Shown: positions 47,538 through 58,264 of the stretch, piece after piece
Position numbering within the stretch: the first letter of the stretch is position 1
Layout of the letters: every line of letters begins with the position of its first letter
From: a virus
Virus record (IMG/VR): IMGVR_UViG_3300044731_000789
Location: 1-64,000 of that record
DNA: 64,000 bases
Reading direction: 5' to 3' (one strand)
Made by a program: the position numbers and the translations under genes
Notes under the pieces: generated by a model
The model's database searches: none
Seen by the model: the letters and a program-made list of their open reading frames with translations, nothing else
Told to the model about the DNA's origin: nothing

Positions 47538-48542
47538 ATGGAAGAATTGCCAAGATTATTACAACCACAAGATACATATGTTGTGGAATATCCACAAGCA
47601 GTAGAGGCAGCATTAGAACAATTTCATATAATTTGGAGTCCAGATGAACCAGATGTGGAAAAGGATTTGCATCAAATAAAAACTGATTTTACTGAGGCAG
47701 AATATCATGGAGTAGTTTCTACTCTAAAGTTGTTTACATTATATGAGAGAAAGGTTGGCGAAGATTATTGGGCAGGATTTGTATCTAAAATTTTCAAACG
47801 TCCTGATATTATAAGAATGGCACAAACTTATGCATTTATAGAAACAGCCATTCATGCACCATTTTATAACAGACTTAATGAAGTACTTGGTTTAGATAAT
47901 GAAGAATTTTATTCAAGTTATTTGGATGATCCAATTTTGAAAAATAGAATGGATTGGATTGGAAGAAAAACTATTGTTCCTGACCCATCAAATGTTATAA
48001 AAATATTAGAATCCTTGGCAGTATTTTCTATGATAGAAGGGGCAATTTTATATTCAAATTTTGCATTTCTAAAACATTTTCAAGCAGATGGAAAAAATAA
48101 GTTAACAAATGTTTGTGCTGGGATTGATTTTTCATTAAAGGACGAAAACATACATTCTCAGGCTGGGGCATGGCTATATAGAACATTGAAAGATGAATAC
48201 TTGACTCTATACCCAGAAAAAATTAATTTAATACGCTCATTAGAAAATGATATAACAGAAACTGGTAAAGTTGTTGTAGAGCATGAAACCATAATTATCC
48301 ATAAAATATTTGAAAAGGGTAAAATTTCAGGTATAACTGATACAAAAATGATAAATTTTGTGCAATCTAGGGTAGATATGTGCTTAGATAATTTGGACAT
48401 TTCTCCAATATTTAAACCTAGTTATAACCCAATTGCTAAAACATTTTATAACAATATCAATGGATCAAAGATGCACGATTTCTTTGCACGACAAGGGAAC
48501 GAATACAATAGAAAATGGGTTAAATCTAAATTTATTTGGTAA
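47538..48542 (+). CDS. nrdB: Ribonucleotide reductase class Ia beta subunit
   Basis: W...E, LFTLYE, E..IH..FY, EG..L.S.F, DE.IH, DFF. Confidence 0.9.
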   Translation: MEELPRLLQPQDTYVVEYPQAVEAALEQFHIIWSPDEPDVEKDLHQIKTDFTEAEYHGVVSTLKLFTLYERKVGEDYWAGFVSKIFKRPDIIRMAQTYAFIETAIHAPFYNRLNEVLGLDNEEFYSSYLDDPILKNRMDWIGRKTIVPDPSNVIKILESLAVFSMIEGAILYSNFAFLKHFQADGKNKLTNVCAGIDFSLKDENIHSQAGAWLYRTLKDEYLTLYPEKINLIRSLENDITETGKVVVEHETIIIHKIFEKGKISGITDTKMINFVQSRVDMCLDNLDISPIFKPSYNPIAKTFYNNINGSKMHDFFARQGNEYNRKWVKSKFIW

Positions 48543-48547
48543 AATAT

Positions 48548-49666
48548 ATGTCAGACATTTACGAAGAATTAAGCAAAGAAAGAAAAAATTTACAAGAACA
48601 AGGGAAATTACCAGATTGGGTAACAACTATATCATGGCAAATGTTAAAGGAAAAATATCTGCGACCAGAATGGCCAGATTTATTGTCAACATATATCAGA
48701 ATTTCTACCCATGCTTCAACCTATACAGATAACCCATCATATTGGCAACCAAAATTTTTTGATGTTATGTGGAATGGTTGGCTGTCATTATCGACACCAG
48801 TATTAGCAAATATGGGTACTGGAACTAATTGCCCAGTAAGTTGTTCTGGTGGAGTGATTGGTGATTCTGTATACGATTTTTATGATATGCAAGTTGAAAC
48901 CGCACTTTTATCAAAAAATGGATTCGGTACATCTGCATATTTGGGCGATATTAGACCAAGGGGGGCACCTATAAATGGATTGAAAGGTGGTGCTAGTGGT
49001 GTATTACCAGTATTCAAAGATTATATACAGTTATCAAAAGATATATCACAAGGCAATAGTCGAAAAGGAGCCTGGGCGGGATATATTGAAATCGACCATC
49101 CAGATTTTTATGAGCTAGTTCAATATATCAAAAAATTTCCAGATGATGCTAATATTGGTTGGATAATAACAAATAAATTTATAGATAGATTGGATAATGC
49201 TGATTCCGATGCTATTGATAGATATCAGGAAGCATTGTTATTAAAAATGTTGACTGGTAAAGGATATTTCTTGTTTATTGATAGGGTTAATGACGTTAAT
49301 CCAAAAATGTATAAAGATAAAGGATATTCCGTTAAAGCTTCAAATTTGTGTGTGTCTGGTGATACAGTGGTTGAAATTAGATATGACGATATTGAGCTAA
49401 AAGTCATGATAAAGGAAATTGGTAATATACTTAAAAATTATGATAATATAGAAGTTAAATCATTTAATGAAAATACACAACAAGTAGAGTGGAAACCAAT
49501 TACAGATTTCAATTTAACAAAGAAAAAAGCAAGGGTGTTGAAAATAATTGATGAAAAATCTGGGAGATATATTAAGTGTACACCATGTCATTTAATATAC
49601 ACTACCAACAGAGGATATGTTAGAGCAGATCAGTTAAATGAACTCGATACGTTAAATATTATATAA
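48548..49666 (+). CDS. nrdA: NrdA N-terminal part fused to split-intein N fragment
   Basis: STPVLAN, VSC, GTS, SQG..RKGA, then ASNL|CVSGDT intein start. Confidence 0.9.
   Translation: MSDIYEELSKERKNLQEQGKLPDWVTTISWQMLKEKYLRPEWPDLLSTYIRISTHASTYTDNPSYWQPKFFDVMWNGWLSLSTPVLANMGTGTNCPVSCSGGVIGDSVYDFYDMQVETALLSKNGFGTSAYLGDIRPRGAPINGLKGGASGVLPVFKDYIQLSKDISQGNSRKGAWAGYIEIDHPDFYELVQYIKKFPDDANIGWIITNKFIDRLDNADSDAIDRYQEALLLKMLTGKGYFLFIDRVNDVNPKMYKDKGYSVKASNLCVSGDTVVEIRYDDIELKVMIKEIGNILKNYDNIEVKSFNENTQQVEWKPITDFNLTKKKARVLKIIDEKSGRYIKCTPCHLIYTTNRGYVRADQLNELDTLNII
49349..49663 (+). other. Split intein IntN (105 aa)
   Basis: Block A CVSGDT; block B IKCTPCHLIYTTNRGYVRADQL; ends at a stop codon. Confidence 0.9.
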
Positions 49667-49736
49667 TTCTTTGTGGTGAAGTTATGTTAAATATAAATAG
49701 TAATGTATTTAACATAACTGGAACCACTATGAATTA
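49664..49736 (+). promoter_or_regulatory. Late promoter inside a hairpin masking the HNH start
   Basis: TATAAATA 49692-49699; arms GTTATGTTAAATA/TATTTAACATAAC extended by GTGGT/ACCAC and TAATTC/GAATTA. Confidence 0.8.
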
Positions 49737-50694
49737 CTGCAAAATATACACCAATTTTATGGAATATGTAACAAACACTTCTCCATTTGAGAGAATGGTT
49801 GGACGGAATAAAAATGATTTTAGAAAAGATTATGACAAATTATACACAGAAAGCCATCACATATTACCAAAATCCCTTGGTGGTACAGATGATCCAACAA
49901 ATTTAGTGGTGTTGTTGCCAGAGGAACATCTATTCATCCATGCATTGAGATATAAAGCATTTAATACCCCTCAAGATTTTATTGCAGTTAGATTAATAAT
50001 CAATGGTATGAATACAAATTCTAGGTTTGGAGTGGTGCCTGACAATGTTAATAAGAAAATATTGTCAACATATGCCTGGATGAAACAAAATTCTGCCACT
50101 TTCAGATATGAACATGGATGGCAGACTGAGGATGGTCGAAGAAGAATATCTGAGGCCAGAAAGAATACAATGCCTGTTAAATGTGCAATAACTGGGGAGA
50201 TGGTTGGAACTGTACCTACTAACCACCCAAAGGTTATTTCTGGAGATTGGGTTCACCATTCTAAAGGGAAACATACATATAAACATATTTTAACTGGCGA
50301 GAAAATATATTGCAACACCAATGATGATAGATTGAATAGTGGAGATTGGACATCTACGTGGATCGATGTGGCTGGGGAATTAAACCCACGATTTAGCGGT
50401 GTGTCAGATGATGACATATTGGAATTTTATAGGAAATTAATTAGAGTCATCATAACATTATATGATGCAAAGCATGTACCAGGAATAGCATACACAAGAA
50501 AAATATGGAATGCCATATATGATAAAAAACTACCACATCTTTCTGGCGGTATTAGAAGCGGATTCAGGTTCAATGGAGACATATATGAAAACCTGTACAA
50601 AAAAATGGAATCCGAATTCAATGTCGCATATAGTATGTATAATAAAGAGACTAAAAAATTTAATATAACAGAGGTAATCAATGCTATTAATTGA
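49729..50694 (+). CDS. MobE-like HNH homing endonuclease
   Basis: MNYCKIY...YTESHHILPKSLGGTDDPTNLVVLLPEEHLFIH; lies between the two nrdA halves. Confidence 0.88.
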   Translation: MNYCKIYTNFMEYVTNTSPFERMVGRNKNDFRKDYDKLYTESHHILPKSLGGTDDPTNLVVLLPEEHLFIHALRYKAFNTPQDFIAVRLIINGMNTNSRFGVVPDNVNKKILSTYAWMKQNSATFRYEHGWQTEDGRRRISEARKNTMPVKCAITGEMVGTVPTNHPKVISGDWVHHSKGKHTYKHILTGEKIYCNTNDDRLNSGDWTSTWIDVAGELNPRFSGVSDDDILEFYRKLIRVIITLYDAKHVPGIAYTRKIWNAIYDKKLPHLSGGIRSGFRFNGDIYENLYKKMESEFNVAYSMYNKETKKFNITEVINAIN

Positions 50695-50779
50695 AGAATT
50701 AAACGAATTAGAAGATGTTTATGACATCACCGTAGAGGATAACCATAACTTTTATGCCAACGGAATCCTTGTGCATAAT
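50681..50779 (+). other. Split intein IntC (33 aa)
   Basis: Blocks F/G ending His-Asn; +1 Cys at 50780. Confidence 0.9.
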
Positions 50780-51676
50780 TGTAACGAAATAATGCTCTCT
50801 TCCAAAGAAGACGAGACATTCACATGTATACTTTCATCAATGAATCTATCAAAATTTGATGAATGGAAACATACCGATGCAGTATTTGTTTCAACCGTTT
50901 TCCTAGATTGCGTAAATAGCGATTTTATACAAATTGCTAAAAATATCAAAGGGTTAGAAAGAGCTGTTAGGTTTGCTGAAAGACATAGGGCATTAGGTCT
51001 TGGTGTATTAGGGTTTGCAACCTATTTACAAGATCATATGATGTCATTTTCAGGTTTGGATGCTCATTATACTAATATAGAAATGTTCACACATCTTAAT
51101 GACGAATCTTTGAGAGCATCTAAATGGATGGCAAAAAATTGGGGGGAACCTGATATGTGTAAAGGATATGGGGTTAGAAATACTCATAGAATGTCATGTC
51201 CACCAACAATGTCCACAAGTATTATAGTAGGTAGTATTTCACAGGGAATTGAGCCATTTTTTGAGAATGTATATACTCAAGGTAGTGCCGCTGGAGATAT
51301 GCATAGAATAAATCCATCGCTTTTACCCATAATGAAGAAAAGAAATGTATACAATAAAAAAACTGTTACTGACATTATTAATAATAATGGTTCAGTTCAA
51401 CACGTTACTTGGTTAGATGATAATGAGAAAGAAGTGTTTAGAACTGCGTTTGAAATTCCACAGGAGGCTATACTACGTTTAGCATCAACCAGACAACCAA
51501 AGATAGATCAAGGCCAAAGCGTTAACTTATATTTTGGCGCAGATGAAGACGAGGAATATATATCACAAATCCACAAAATTGCTTTTAAAGATAAAAATAT
51601 CAAAGGGTTATACTATATAAGGTCAAAATCTGGAGTAAAGGCATCAAAAGAATCTTGTGAAAATTGTCAAGGATAA
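50681..51676 (+). CDS. nrdA: Split-intein C fragment fused to NrdA C-terminal part
   Basis: VYDITVEDNHNFYANGILVHN|CNEI; then C.LSS.N, RALGLG, PPT.STS, GIEP, IDQGQS.N, LYY.R, terminal CxxC. Confidence 0.92.
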   Translation: MLLIEELNELEDVYDITVEDNHNFYANGILVHNCNEIMLSSKEDETFTCILSSMNLSKFDEWKHTDAVFVSTVFLDCVNSDFIQIAKNIKGLERAVRFAERHRALGLGVLGFATYLQDHMMSFSGLDAHYTNIEMFTHLNDESLRASKWMAKNWGEPDMCKGYGVRNTHRMSCPPTMSTSIIVGSISQGIEPFFENVYTQGSAAGDMHRINPSLLPIMKKRNVYNKKTVTDIINNNGSVQHVTWLDDNEKEVFRTAFEIPQEAILRLASTRQPKIDQGQSVNLYFGADEDEEYISQIHKIAFKDKNIKGLYYIRSKSGVKASKESCENCQG

Positions 51677-51679
51677 TGC

Positions 51680-51727
51680 TTGACAATCCTGCGCCAATCC
51701 TGTAATATATTACACATGGGTGGCGCA
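51680..51727 (+). promoter_or_regulatory. Sigma70-type promoter embedded in an inverted repeat
   Basis: TTGACA-17-TAATAT; TGCGCCA/TGGCGCA and TGTAA/TTACA arms. Confidence 0.6.
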
Positions 51728-51758
51728 GTAATTTATAAACAAAAGTGGAGAATATTTT

Positions 51759-52115
51759 ATGAATGATGTAGTATTATTTCTATATTTTGCAGATGTTATG
51801 CCTAGTATTGGCAGAATTTTTGCTCTTTTTGCTTGGGGCACTGCAATAACATATGTTATTGAATGGGTTGCATTTGTTGTATCAGAGGGAGAATGCTGTA
51901 AACAAAAACACCATTGTTTGGTATATTTTACATTAGCATTATCTTTGATATCTGCATTTGTTCCAGATAAACACACAATTTATTTAATTGGTGCAGCAAA
52001 AGCTTCTGCCGAATTCGGCCAAGCAGTTGGGAATAGTGATATAGCACAAAAAACTATGAAAGTATTAAACCAAGAATTGGATAAAATGCTTACTCCACCA
52101 GAGGGTAAAAAATAA
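51759..52115 (+). CDS. Membrane protein
   Basis: Hydrophobic helices; P...TIY.I.AA; GGAG RBS. Confidence 0.65.
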   Translation: MNDVVLFLYFADVMPSIGRIFALFAWGTAITYVIEWVAFVVSEGECCKQKHHCLVYFTLALSLISAFVPDKHTIYLIGAAKASAEFGQAVGNSDIAQKTMKVLNQELDKMLTPPEGKK

Positions 52116-52513
52116 TGACAACCTGTACAATATCTGCCGATAATTTAAAACAACTTGTTACCCTATATATCAATCAGATTGAAGATCATAGGGAAAAATC
52201 ATGTGAAAATATTTTGGATCAATATATAGGAAAAACGTTTACAGTTGGACACCTTTGGTGGAAAAAATATATAAAGATTGAAACCTATCATGACGCAGTT
52301 GAATACATAGAAAAATATGATCCAGACCAATATTCAGAATATATATGGGCACAAAATTCATGTTATAATTTGTTTGATTTATTAAAATCATTAGATTCTG
52401 CCCTAAATACAAAAATTGATTTAATATCGGTTGATTTATCAATTGATGATATGGATAGAATATCAAGATGGGAAAAATTTTATTTAGAAACATATTGTGA
52501 AAACAATGGATGA
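52115..52513 (+). CDS. Hypothetical protein
   Basis: Coupled ORF. Confidence 0.55.
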   Translation: MTTCTISADNLKQLVTLYINQIEDHREKSCENILDQYIGKTFTVGHLWWKKYIKIETYHDAVEYIEKYDPDQYSEYIWAQNSCYNLFDLLKSLDSALNTKIDLISVDLSIDDMDRISRWEKFYLETYCENNG

Positions 52514-52759
52514 ACAATTAATACAACTAATTGAAAAAGAAGAATCATTTTTGTGGGAAAACTATAGAAACTTTGAAAAAAGTTTTTGTAATGTAATGTG
52601 CCCAGAATTAATTAGCACATCATTTTCAACTAATTATGTAAAATTTGATTATTGTGATATGGATTCTGGACAACATTTTTCAGATTCTATTACAATATTA
52701 GAATATAATGCATGGAAAGAAATGGTAAAAATAAACGAACAAATTTATGGTGACCAACA

Positions 52760-52978
52760 ATGATTAGAAGTTATGACTACAAATGTGCCGATTGCGGCAC
52801 CATTGATGATTACATCATTCGGGGAAATACCTTAGAAGAAATTCTAAATATGTCCCCCAAATGTACAAATTGTGGGTCAGAAAATACCACAAGATTGATA
52901 TCTGCTCCAGGTGGATTGGTTACTAATGGTGCAGATAAACCAAAAACATTTACACAAAAAACAATGAAACATGTATGA
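52760..52978 (+). CDS. FmdB-like zinc-ribbon protein
   Basis: YDYKC..CG...C..CGS....RLIS. Confidence 0.75.
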   Translation: MIRSYDYKCADCGTIDDYIIRGNTLEEILNMSPKCTNCGSENTTRLISAPGGLVTNGADKPKTFTQKTMKHV

Positions 52979-53364
52979 GTAAAAAAATCAAACAGGTTTT
53001 AATTTGGAATAATGGTGTTCGTAACCATCTTGGGCAAAAGGTTCGCACAGGAAAGATTTGTGCGCAACTTGCCCATGCATCTATCAATTCATATATGGGG
53101 GCAATATCTTGGTCAAATCATTCCAGGCAAATTGCTGCAGATTGGATGGACAATGACTATACAAAAGTTGTATTAAAAGTTGAAACCACAAAAAATTTGA
53201 TGGACATTTACAACAAATGTATTGCATGGAAAATTCCATGCCATTTGGTAACAGATATTGGTGATACAGAATTTAATGGTATTCCAACTGTAACAGCATT
53301 GGGCATTGGTCCATATTTTTCAGAAGAGATTGATAGATTTACTAGGGGATTGAGTTTGTTATGA
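52975..53364 (+). CDS. pth2: Peptidyl-tRNA hydrolase, Pth2 family
   Basis: KQVL, GKICAQLAHA, KVVLKV, TD.G.TEF, T.T.LGIGP, ID.FT..L.LL. Confidence 0.88.
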   Translation: MSKKIKQVLIWNNGVRNHLGQKVRTGKICAQLAHASINSYMGAISWSNHSRQIAADWMDNDYTKVVLKVETTKNLMDIYNKCIAWKIPCHLVTDIGDTEFNGIPTVTALGIGPYFSEEIDRFTRGLSLL

Positions 53365-53606
53365 TTGCTAACATGAATATTGGAACAAGAATGTTGTTGT
53401 ATGTTGGTACAAATGATACCAGAATAAATGAGTACAATCTTTTGGAATTATCACCATCAAAAAAATATTTTAAATATACAATTGCTGGCATTTCACAACA
53501 GACCCCACTATGGGGAAAAATATCTGATTACACATTTGTAGAAAAACTGGTTGACAAATCATAGAAATATGGTATCATAAACCAACTTTCAACAAGTGGA
53601 ACGAAT

Positions 53607-54014
53607 ATGACACCAAAAGAATTTTATACTATTATGAATGGGGAGTTTACTCCCATAGATGAAAAATATTTGGTAAAATTTAAAGATACCCAATATTATT
53701 TGAACGATAAATTAGCCAAATCTCGTAAAATATCTGATGAAACTTTGAAACAAATTGTTCATTGGCATAAAGCAAAATTGGCAATATTTGAACAAATGAG
53801 GGGCACAGATGATTCAGATGAACTGAAAAGATGTGCCAAATTGGTGCAAGAGTGTGAATATAATTTACAACAGTTATGGGGATTTCCATTGGATTCAAAT
53901 TATCACCATTTTTGGGAAGTTCCTGGCTGTAAATGTCCCAAATTAGATAATATTGAAAGATTGGGAAGTCCATATAAAGTAATTGTTTCAGATTGTCCAA
54001 TACATGGAGAATAA
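53607..54014 (+). CDS. Conserved phage hypothetical protein
   Basis: LQQLWGF..D.NYH..W..P.C.CP..DN......CP.HG; promoter TTGACA-16-TATCAT at 53551. Confidence 0.7.
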   Translation: MTPKEFYTIMNGEFTPIDEKYLVKFKDTQYYLNDKLAKSRKISDETLKQIVHWHKAKLAIFEQMRGTDDSDELKRCAKLVQECEYNLQQLWGFPLDSNYHHFWEVPGCKCPKLDNIERLGSPYKVIVSDCPIHGE

Positions 54015-54433
54015 TATGAAACAAAGTTTAGCAGATTCCATTTTATATTTTCCAGAAAAAGTATTTTCTGCCTGTGGCAGCAAGGTATATTTCCATGTTG
54101 ATGGACCAGATGTTGTTGGACTTGTAGAAGTAATTTTACCAGATAAAACTCCATTTCATTTAAATATGGTATGGGATAGATATTCTGGGTTACCAAGAAA
54201 TTTGACCAAATATCCAACATACTATTATTATAGACTTGTTGTAAAGGATTAAAAATGAGCATTTCATATTATTGGGTACAAACGTTATTATTAAATGAGC
54301 CACCAGAAATAGTTCAGTGTCAAGAACGAAATGGTGAAGTATATTATTATTTTTTTGGTATGGATTGTCCACAAAACGAATATTGGTTCAACAAATATTA
54401 TACAATTATTGATCAGATATTTTTGGAGAAATC

Positions 54434-54970
54434 ATGAAATTTAAATTTGGCCCATATTGCACATGGTTTGGTGTATACCAATTTGCAGAAATGTTTCGCC
54501 CAATTATAACAGAAGAACAATCTGATAAATTGGGCGAATATTTGTCTGACACATGGTTTGATAAATTCCTAACATGGATTCATTCAAAAAAGAAACAAAA
54601 AGTTGTAGTAAAAATAGATAAATGGGATTTGTGGAGTATGGATTACATGTTAGCACAAATAATTTATCCATTGATGGTGCAATTAAAGGCTAGAAAACAG
54701 GGTGTGTCATATGTTGATGACAATGATGTTCCAGAACATTTACGAGCTGGGGTAAGTAAGTTAGAAGAAACTTTTTCGGTTACCGAAAAGAAATGGGAAT
54801 ATGTTATGGATGAAATCATTTGGGCATTTGAACGATTGTCCAAAGATGATATAGATGACTTGTCATACATAGATGGGAAATATGACCCAAAGTTATCAAT
54901 AGAATTGAATGATAGGGTAAGGGGTGGCACCACTCTTTTTGGTCGTTATCTGACCTCGATGTGGGATTGA
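54434..54970 (+). CDS. Conserved phage hypothetical protein
   Basis: VKID.WD.WSMD..LA.II.P...W..VMDE.IWAF...LFG.Y...WD. Confidence 0.75.
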   Translation: MKFKFGPYCTWFGVYQFAEMFRPIITEEQSDKLGEYLSDTWFDKFLTWIHSKKKQKVVVKIDKWDLWSMDYMLAQIIYPLMVQLKARKQGVSYVDDNDVPEHLRAGVSKLEETFSVTEKKWEYVMDEIIWAFERLSKDDIDDLSYIDGKYDPKLSIELNDRVRGGTTLFGRYLTSMWD

Positions 54971-55212
54971 TATGAATGATTTAATGTGGTTACCAATTAT
55001 TTCTCTGGCTGGTATAGCAATTTCCACTACAATGGAAATAAAAGATAGGATGATATGGGTGATAATCAATCTTATCACATGTTTAGTTTTGGTATATGGG
55101 GACAAAGTATGTTAGGTTGGTTTTGTTTGTTTACGGGTTTAATTTTTCACCTACCAGTACTCTGGTGGATTATTGGGTTTATAATTTTATTGGAAAGTGA
55201 TGAGGAAATGTT

Positions 55213-55863
55213 ATGAAAAAAATTGTATATTTATTTTTACTGGTTGGTTTAATTGGGTGCCAATCTGAAGAAGAAAAGATCAAAGAAAAACAAATTTTTG
55301 TTTGCAAAGAACAAATCCAATCTGGGCAGGAACCTACCCCATTTTGTTTAAATTTGTTGCCTGAATATCGAAAAGTTGTTTCACAGAATGTTCCACAGAA
55401 TGGATTACAACAATCTGGCGAATATGTTCCAGAAGTGGCACAACAGCCTTATGTGGAACAAATTGCGCCCAATGGTGGGCAACCTGTGCAACAGGTAGTA
55501 CAACAGCCCCAATATGTACCAGTGCCTGTACAATCGGCTCCAGTTGTCCAGAATGGGTCAAGTACTGCAGACACTATTAGAGACATGGCCATCGGTGGAA
55601 TGATTGGTTCATCTATTAGCAATAATAGTAACAACAATCGATCAAATTATAATGATTCATATCGGGATACATATAGGCAACCAACATACAGACAAAATAT
55701 TACAAAAAATGTAACCATTGTTAATAAACCTGTAGCACCAGTTGCTCCAATTGTTCCAAAGAAAAATTATATGGATACATCCAAATTAAGCAGTTATGGG
55801 GCAAGACCTTCGCCAAGACCTTTTACAAGAAGTGGTGGAACAAGTGCCCGATTAAGACGGTAA
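55213..55863 (+). CDS. Lipoprotein with Gln/Pro-rich low-complexity body
   Basis: MKK + hydrophobic stretch + LIGC lipobox. Confidence 0.7.
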   Translation: MKKIVYLFLLVGLIGCQSEEEKIKEKQIFVCKEQIQSGQEPTPFCLNLLPEYRKVVSQNVPQNGLQQSGEYVPEVAQQPYVEQIAPNGGQPVQQVVQQPQYVPVPVQSAPVVQNGSSTADTIRDMAIGGMIGSSISNNSNNNRSNYNDSYRDTYRQPTYRQNITKNVTIVNKPVAPVAPIVPKKNYMDTSKLSSYGARPSPRPFTRSGGTSARLRR

Positions 55864-55880
55864 AAATTTTGCGCTCTCTG

Positions 55881-55905
55881 TGCCCCTTAATTGGGGCATT
55901 TTTTT
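55881..55905 (+). terminator. Intrinsic terminator
   Basis: TGCCCC-TTAATT-GGGGCA-T7. Confidence 0.85.
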
Positions 55906-55917
55906 GTTTAAAATTTG

Positions 55918-55945
55918 TTGACATTCGATTGGATACATGTATAAT
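55918..55945 (+). promoter_or_regulatory. Sigma70-type early promoter
   Basis: TTGACA-16-TATAAT, followed by a GGAG RBS. Confidence 0.75.
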
Positions 55946-55978
55946 GTGCCCATACTTTAAACAAACCGGAGAAATAAA

Positions 55979-56944
55979 ATGGCAGCAAATTTAGATATGA
56001 GCAACAACCGTGTAAATTTTGCTTACACTGGTGATACAACAAAAATTTGGCACGGTATGGGCAATGTAATTGCAGAAGATGCCCCATTGGATGAATGGAG
56101 AGTTGCAGCAGGGTTGGATTGGTTTGCAAAAGAATCACCAATTTTGTTTAATAATGGTGATGATATGCCAACAGTGTTTCCAGATAAAAAAGCATTGTTC
56201 CGTAGCGATACAAATGCTCCATTATCTATCATGAGCAATGATTATCGCATTGTTCAACCAAAAGAAGTTTTAGATTTTTTTCATGATTTGTTGGAAAATC
56301 ATGATATGAAAATGTCAACAGCAGGTTCCCTATTCGGTGGCAAAAGATTTTTCGCCACTGCAAAATTGGGTGAAGATTTTGAAGTCATTTCTGGCGACAA
56401 AATTTCAGGATTTTTGCTACTTACAACAAGCTTGGATGGAACTTTGGCAACAACCGCAAAGGCTACTAGTATTCGAACAGTTTGTTCTAACACCTTGACT
56501 ATGGCGCTAAATGAATCATCCAAAAACATGGTCAAAGTTACCCATTCAACCGATTTTGATGCAAGCAAAGCCAAATTGGAACTCGGATTGATTTCAGATA
56601 CACAACACAAATTTATCGAAAATATGAGAACATTGGCAACAGCAAAAATTGAAACAAAAGATGTTCGCAAATTTTTCCAAGATCAATTTTACAAAAAAGA
56701 TGTTGCAGTTGATGAACAACATGGCTCCATTGTAAATAAAGTAAATGATTTGATTACTTTGTACAATTTTGGTAAGGGTGCAGAATTTTCAAAAGGTACT
56801 TTGTATGGTGTGTTACAAGCTACTACAGATTACTTTGATCACAAAGTTAAACCGAGATCAGAATCAGCAGCATTTTGGAACAGTTTTTATACATCAGATA
56901 AAATCAAATTGGATATCCAATCCAAATTGTTAGAAATGGCCTAA
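55979..56944 (+). CDS. DUF932-family protein
   Basis: WHG.G, AGLDW, Y.IVQP.E, AGSL.GG, LL.TS.DG, IRTVC.NTL. Confidence 0.85.
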   Translation: MAANLDMSNNRVNFAYTGDTTKIWHGMGNVIAEDAPLDEWRVAAGLDWFAKESPILFNNGDDMPTVFPDKKALFRSDTNAPLSIMSNDYRIVQPKEVLDFFHDLLENHDMKMSTAGSLFGGKRFFATAKLGEDFEVISGDKISGFLLLTTSLDGTLATTAKATSIRTVCSNTLTMALNESSKNMVKVTHSTDFDASKAKLELGLISDTQHKFIENMRTLATAKIETKDVRKFFQDQFYKKDVAVDEQHGSIVNKVNDLITLYNFGKGAEFSKGTLYGVLQATTDYFDHKVKPRSESAAFWNSFYTSDKIKLDIQSKLLEMA

Positions 56945-57722
56945 TCCTTATATAAAATGTGCCAGGGACGGCAAATATTATATAAAATTTTGGAATAATA
57001 TATGATTGATAATCCATCTTCAACATGGTATATAAAACATATTGACATATTTAAGAAATATGTTAGAATAGGCACACATCAACCAAATCGGGAAACTAAA
57101 ATGGAAACTAAAACAGATTTTAATAGATATACCCAAGGGTTCAAATATTTTGGACCATTGGAGCAATGTAATGATGGTGAATATATGTTGGTAAAAGACC
57201 ATGAAAAGATTGTTTCGCAAATGATTCTATTGGATAAGCATAATGAACTTATTGGCCTAAAAACAGACCTTATTGAGTATTACAAAAAATCTCGTAGTGA
57301 CTGGATGGATTTATATTACAGCACACAGAAAATGGCCAACTGGGTTCCGCCATTGTTAACATATTCAATATTTGGTACATTATTTGTAACATTAACAGTA
57401 TTAAAATTATTGTATGACAAAATTTGAAAAACTAATATTAGTACTAATCATTGGGTTTATAATATCGATATCATTATTTTCCCATCAAGATATTTTGGAA
57501 CAAATTGATATCATAAATTATGGGGAAGGGTATGACAGATATTAATAATATGATCAATGCAATCAGAGAATTTGAAAAACATGGGCTACCGGTTGATGAC
57601 CCACACAAAATTGCAGAAATTGCATTTAAAGAATCTTACAAATGTACTGATACATACCATGGATCACTAATGTATCTAATGGCTTTGGAACTAATGATGC
57701 AATACGATGATGGGAAATAACT

Positions 57723-58067
57723 ATGGACAATAATATAGGTAAAATAAAAATAACATATGAAGTAGATTTTAATTTAAATTATTTGTTGGATAGAAAACCT
57801 GTTGCAGAAGGGTTAAATGATTTAACCACTGCCGTAGAAAAAATTGTTAATGATTATAACACAAAATATAAAACAGAATCACCAGAGGCAACATTTTATA
57901 TTTGTTCATGCGAATATTATACAGAGTCAACTATAATATTTACCAGATTTGAAACTGATTCTGAATACAATTTTCGGATCAATAGATCAGAATTTGAAGC
58001 AACCAGACAAAAAGAATTGCGAAAAAAACAATACCTGGAATTAAAAAAAGAATTTGAGGCAGAATAA
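57723..58067 (+). CDS. Hypothetical protein
   Basis: R.ETD.EY..R...QY..LKKEFE phage motif. Confidence 0.6.
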   Translation: MDNNIGKIKITYEVDFNLNYLLDRKPVAEGLNDLTTAVEKIVNDYNTKYKTESPEATFYICSCEYYTESTIIFTRFETDSEYNFRINRSEFEATRQKELRKKQYLELKKEFEAE

Positions 58068-58264
58068 TGGAACCAATACTAAAAAGATGGTTGGCAATAA
58101 ATCACCCACATTTGGAACTAGAAGAATATTTTTTCTTGACAGAAACCAAGATTAGTGTAAAATGTTCGTACTTGGACAATTCTGATACCAAACATGGGCA
58201 CGGGTCGTGCAAGATTATTGATCAAACACTTTTAGTTAATATTTGGGACATTATGGAGTAAATT

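Noticed and set aside
49664-50680. Group I intron in nrdA
   Set aside because: The HNH ORF fills the gap with no room for a ribozyme core; intein blocks on both sides explain the split
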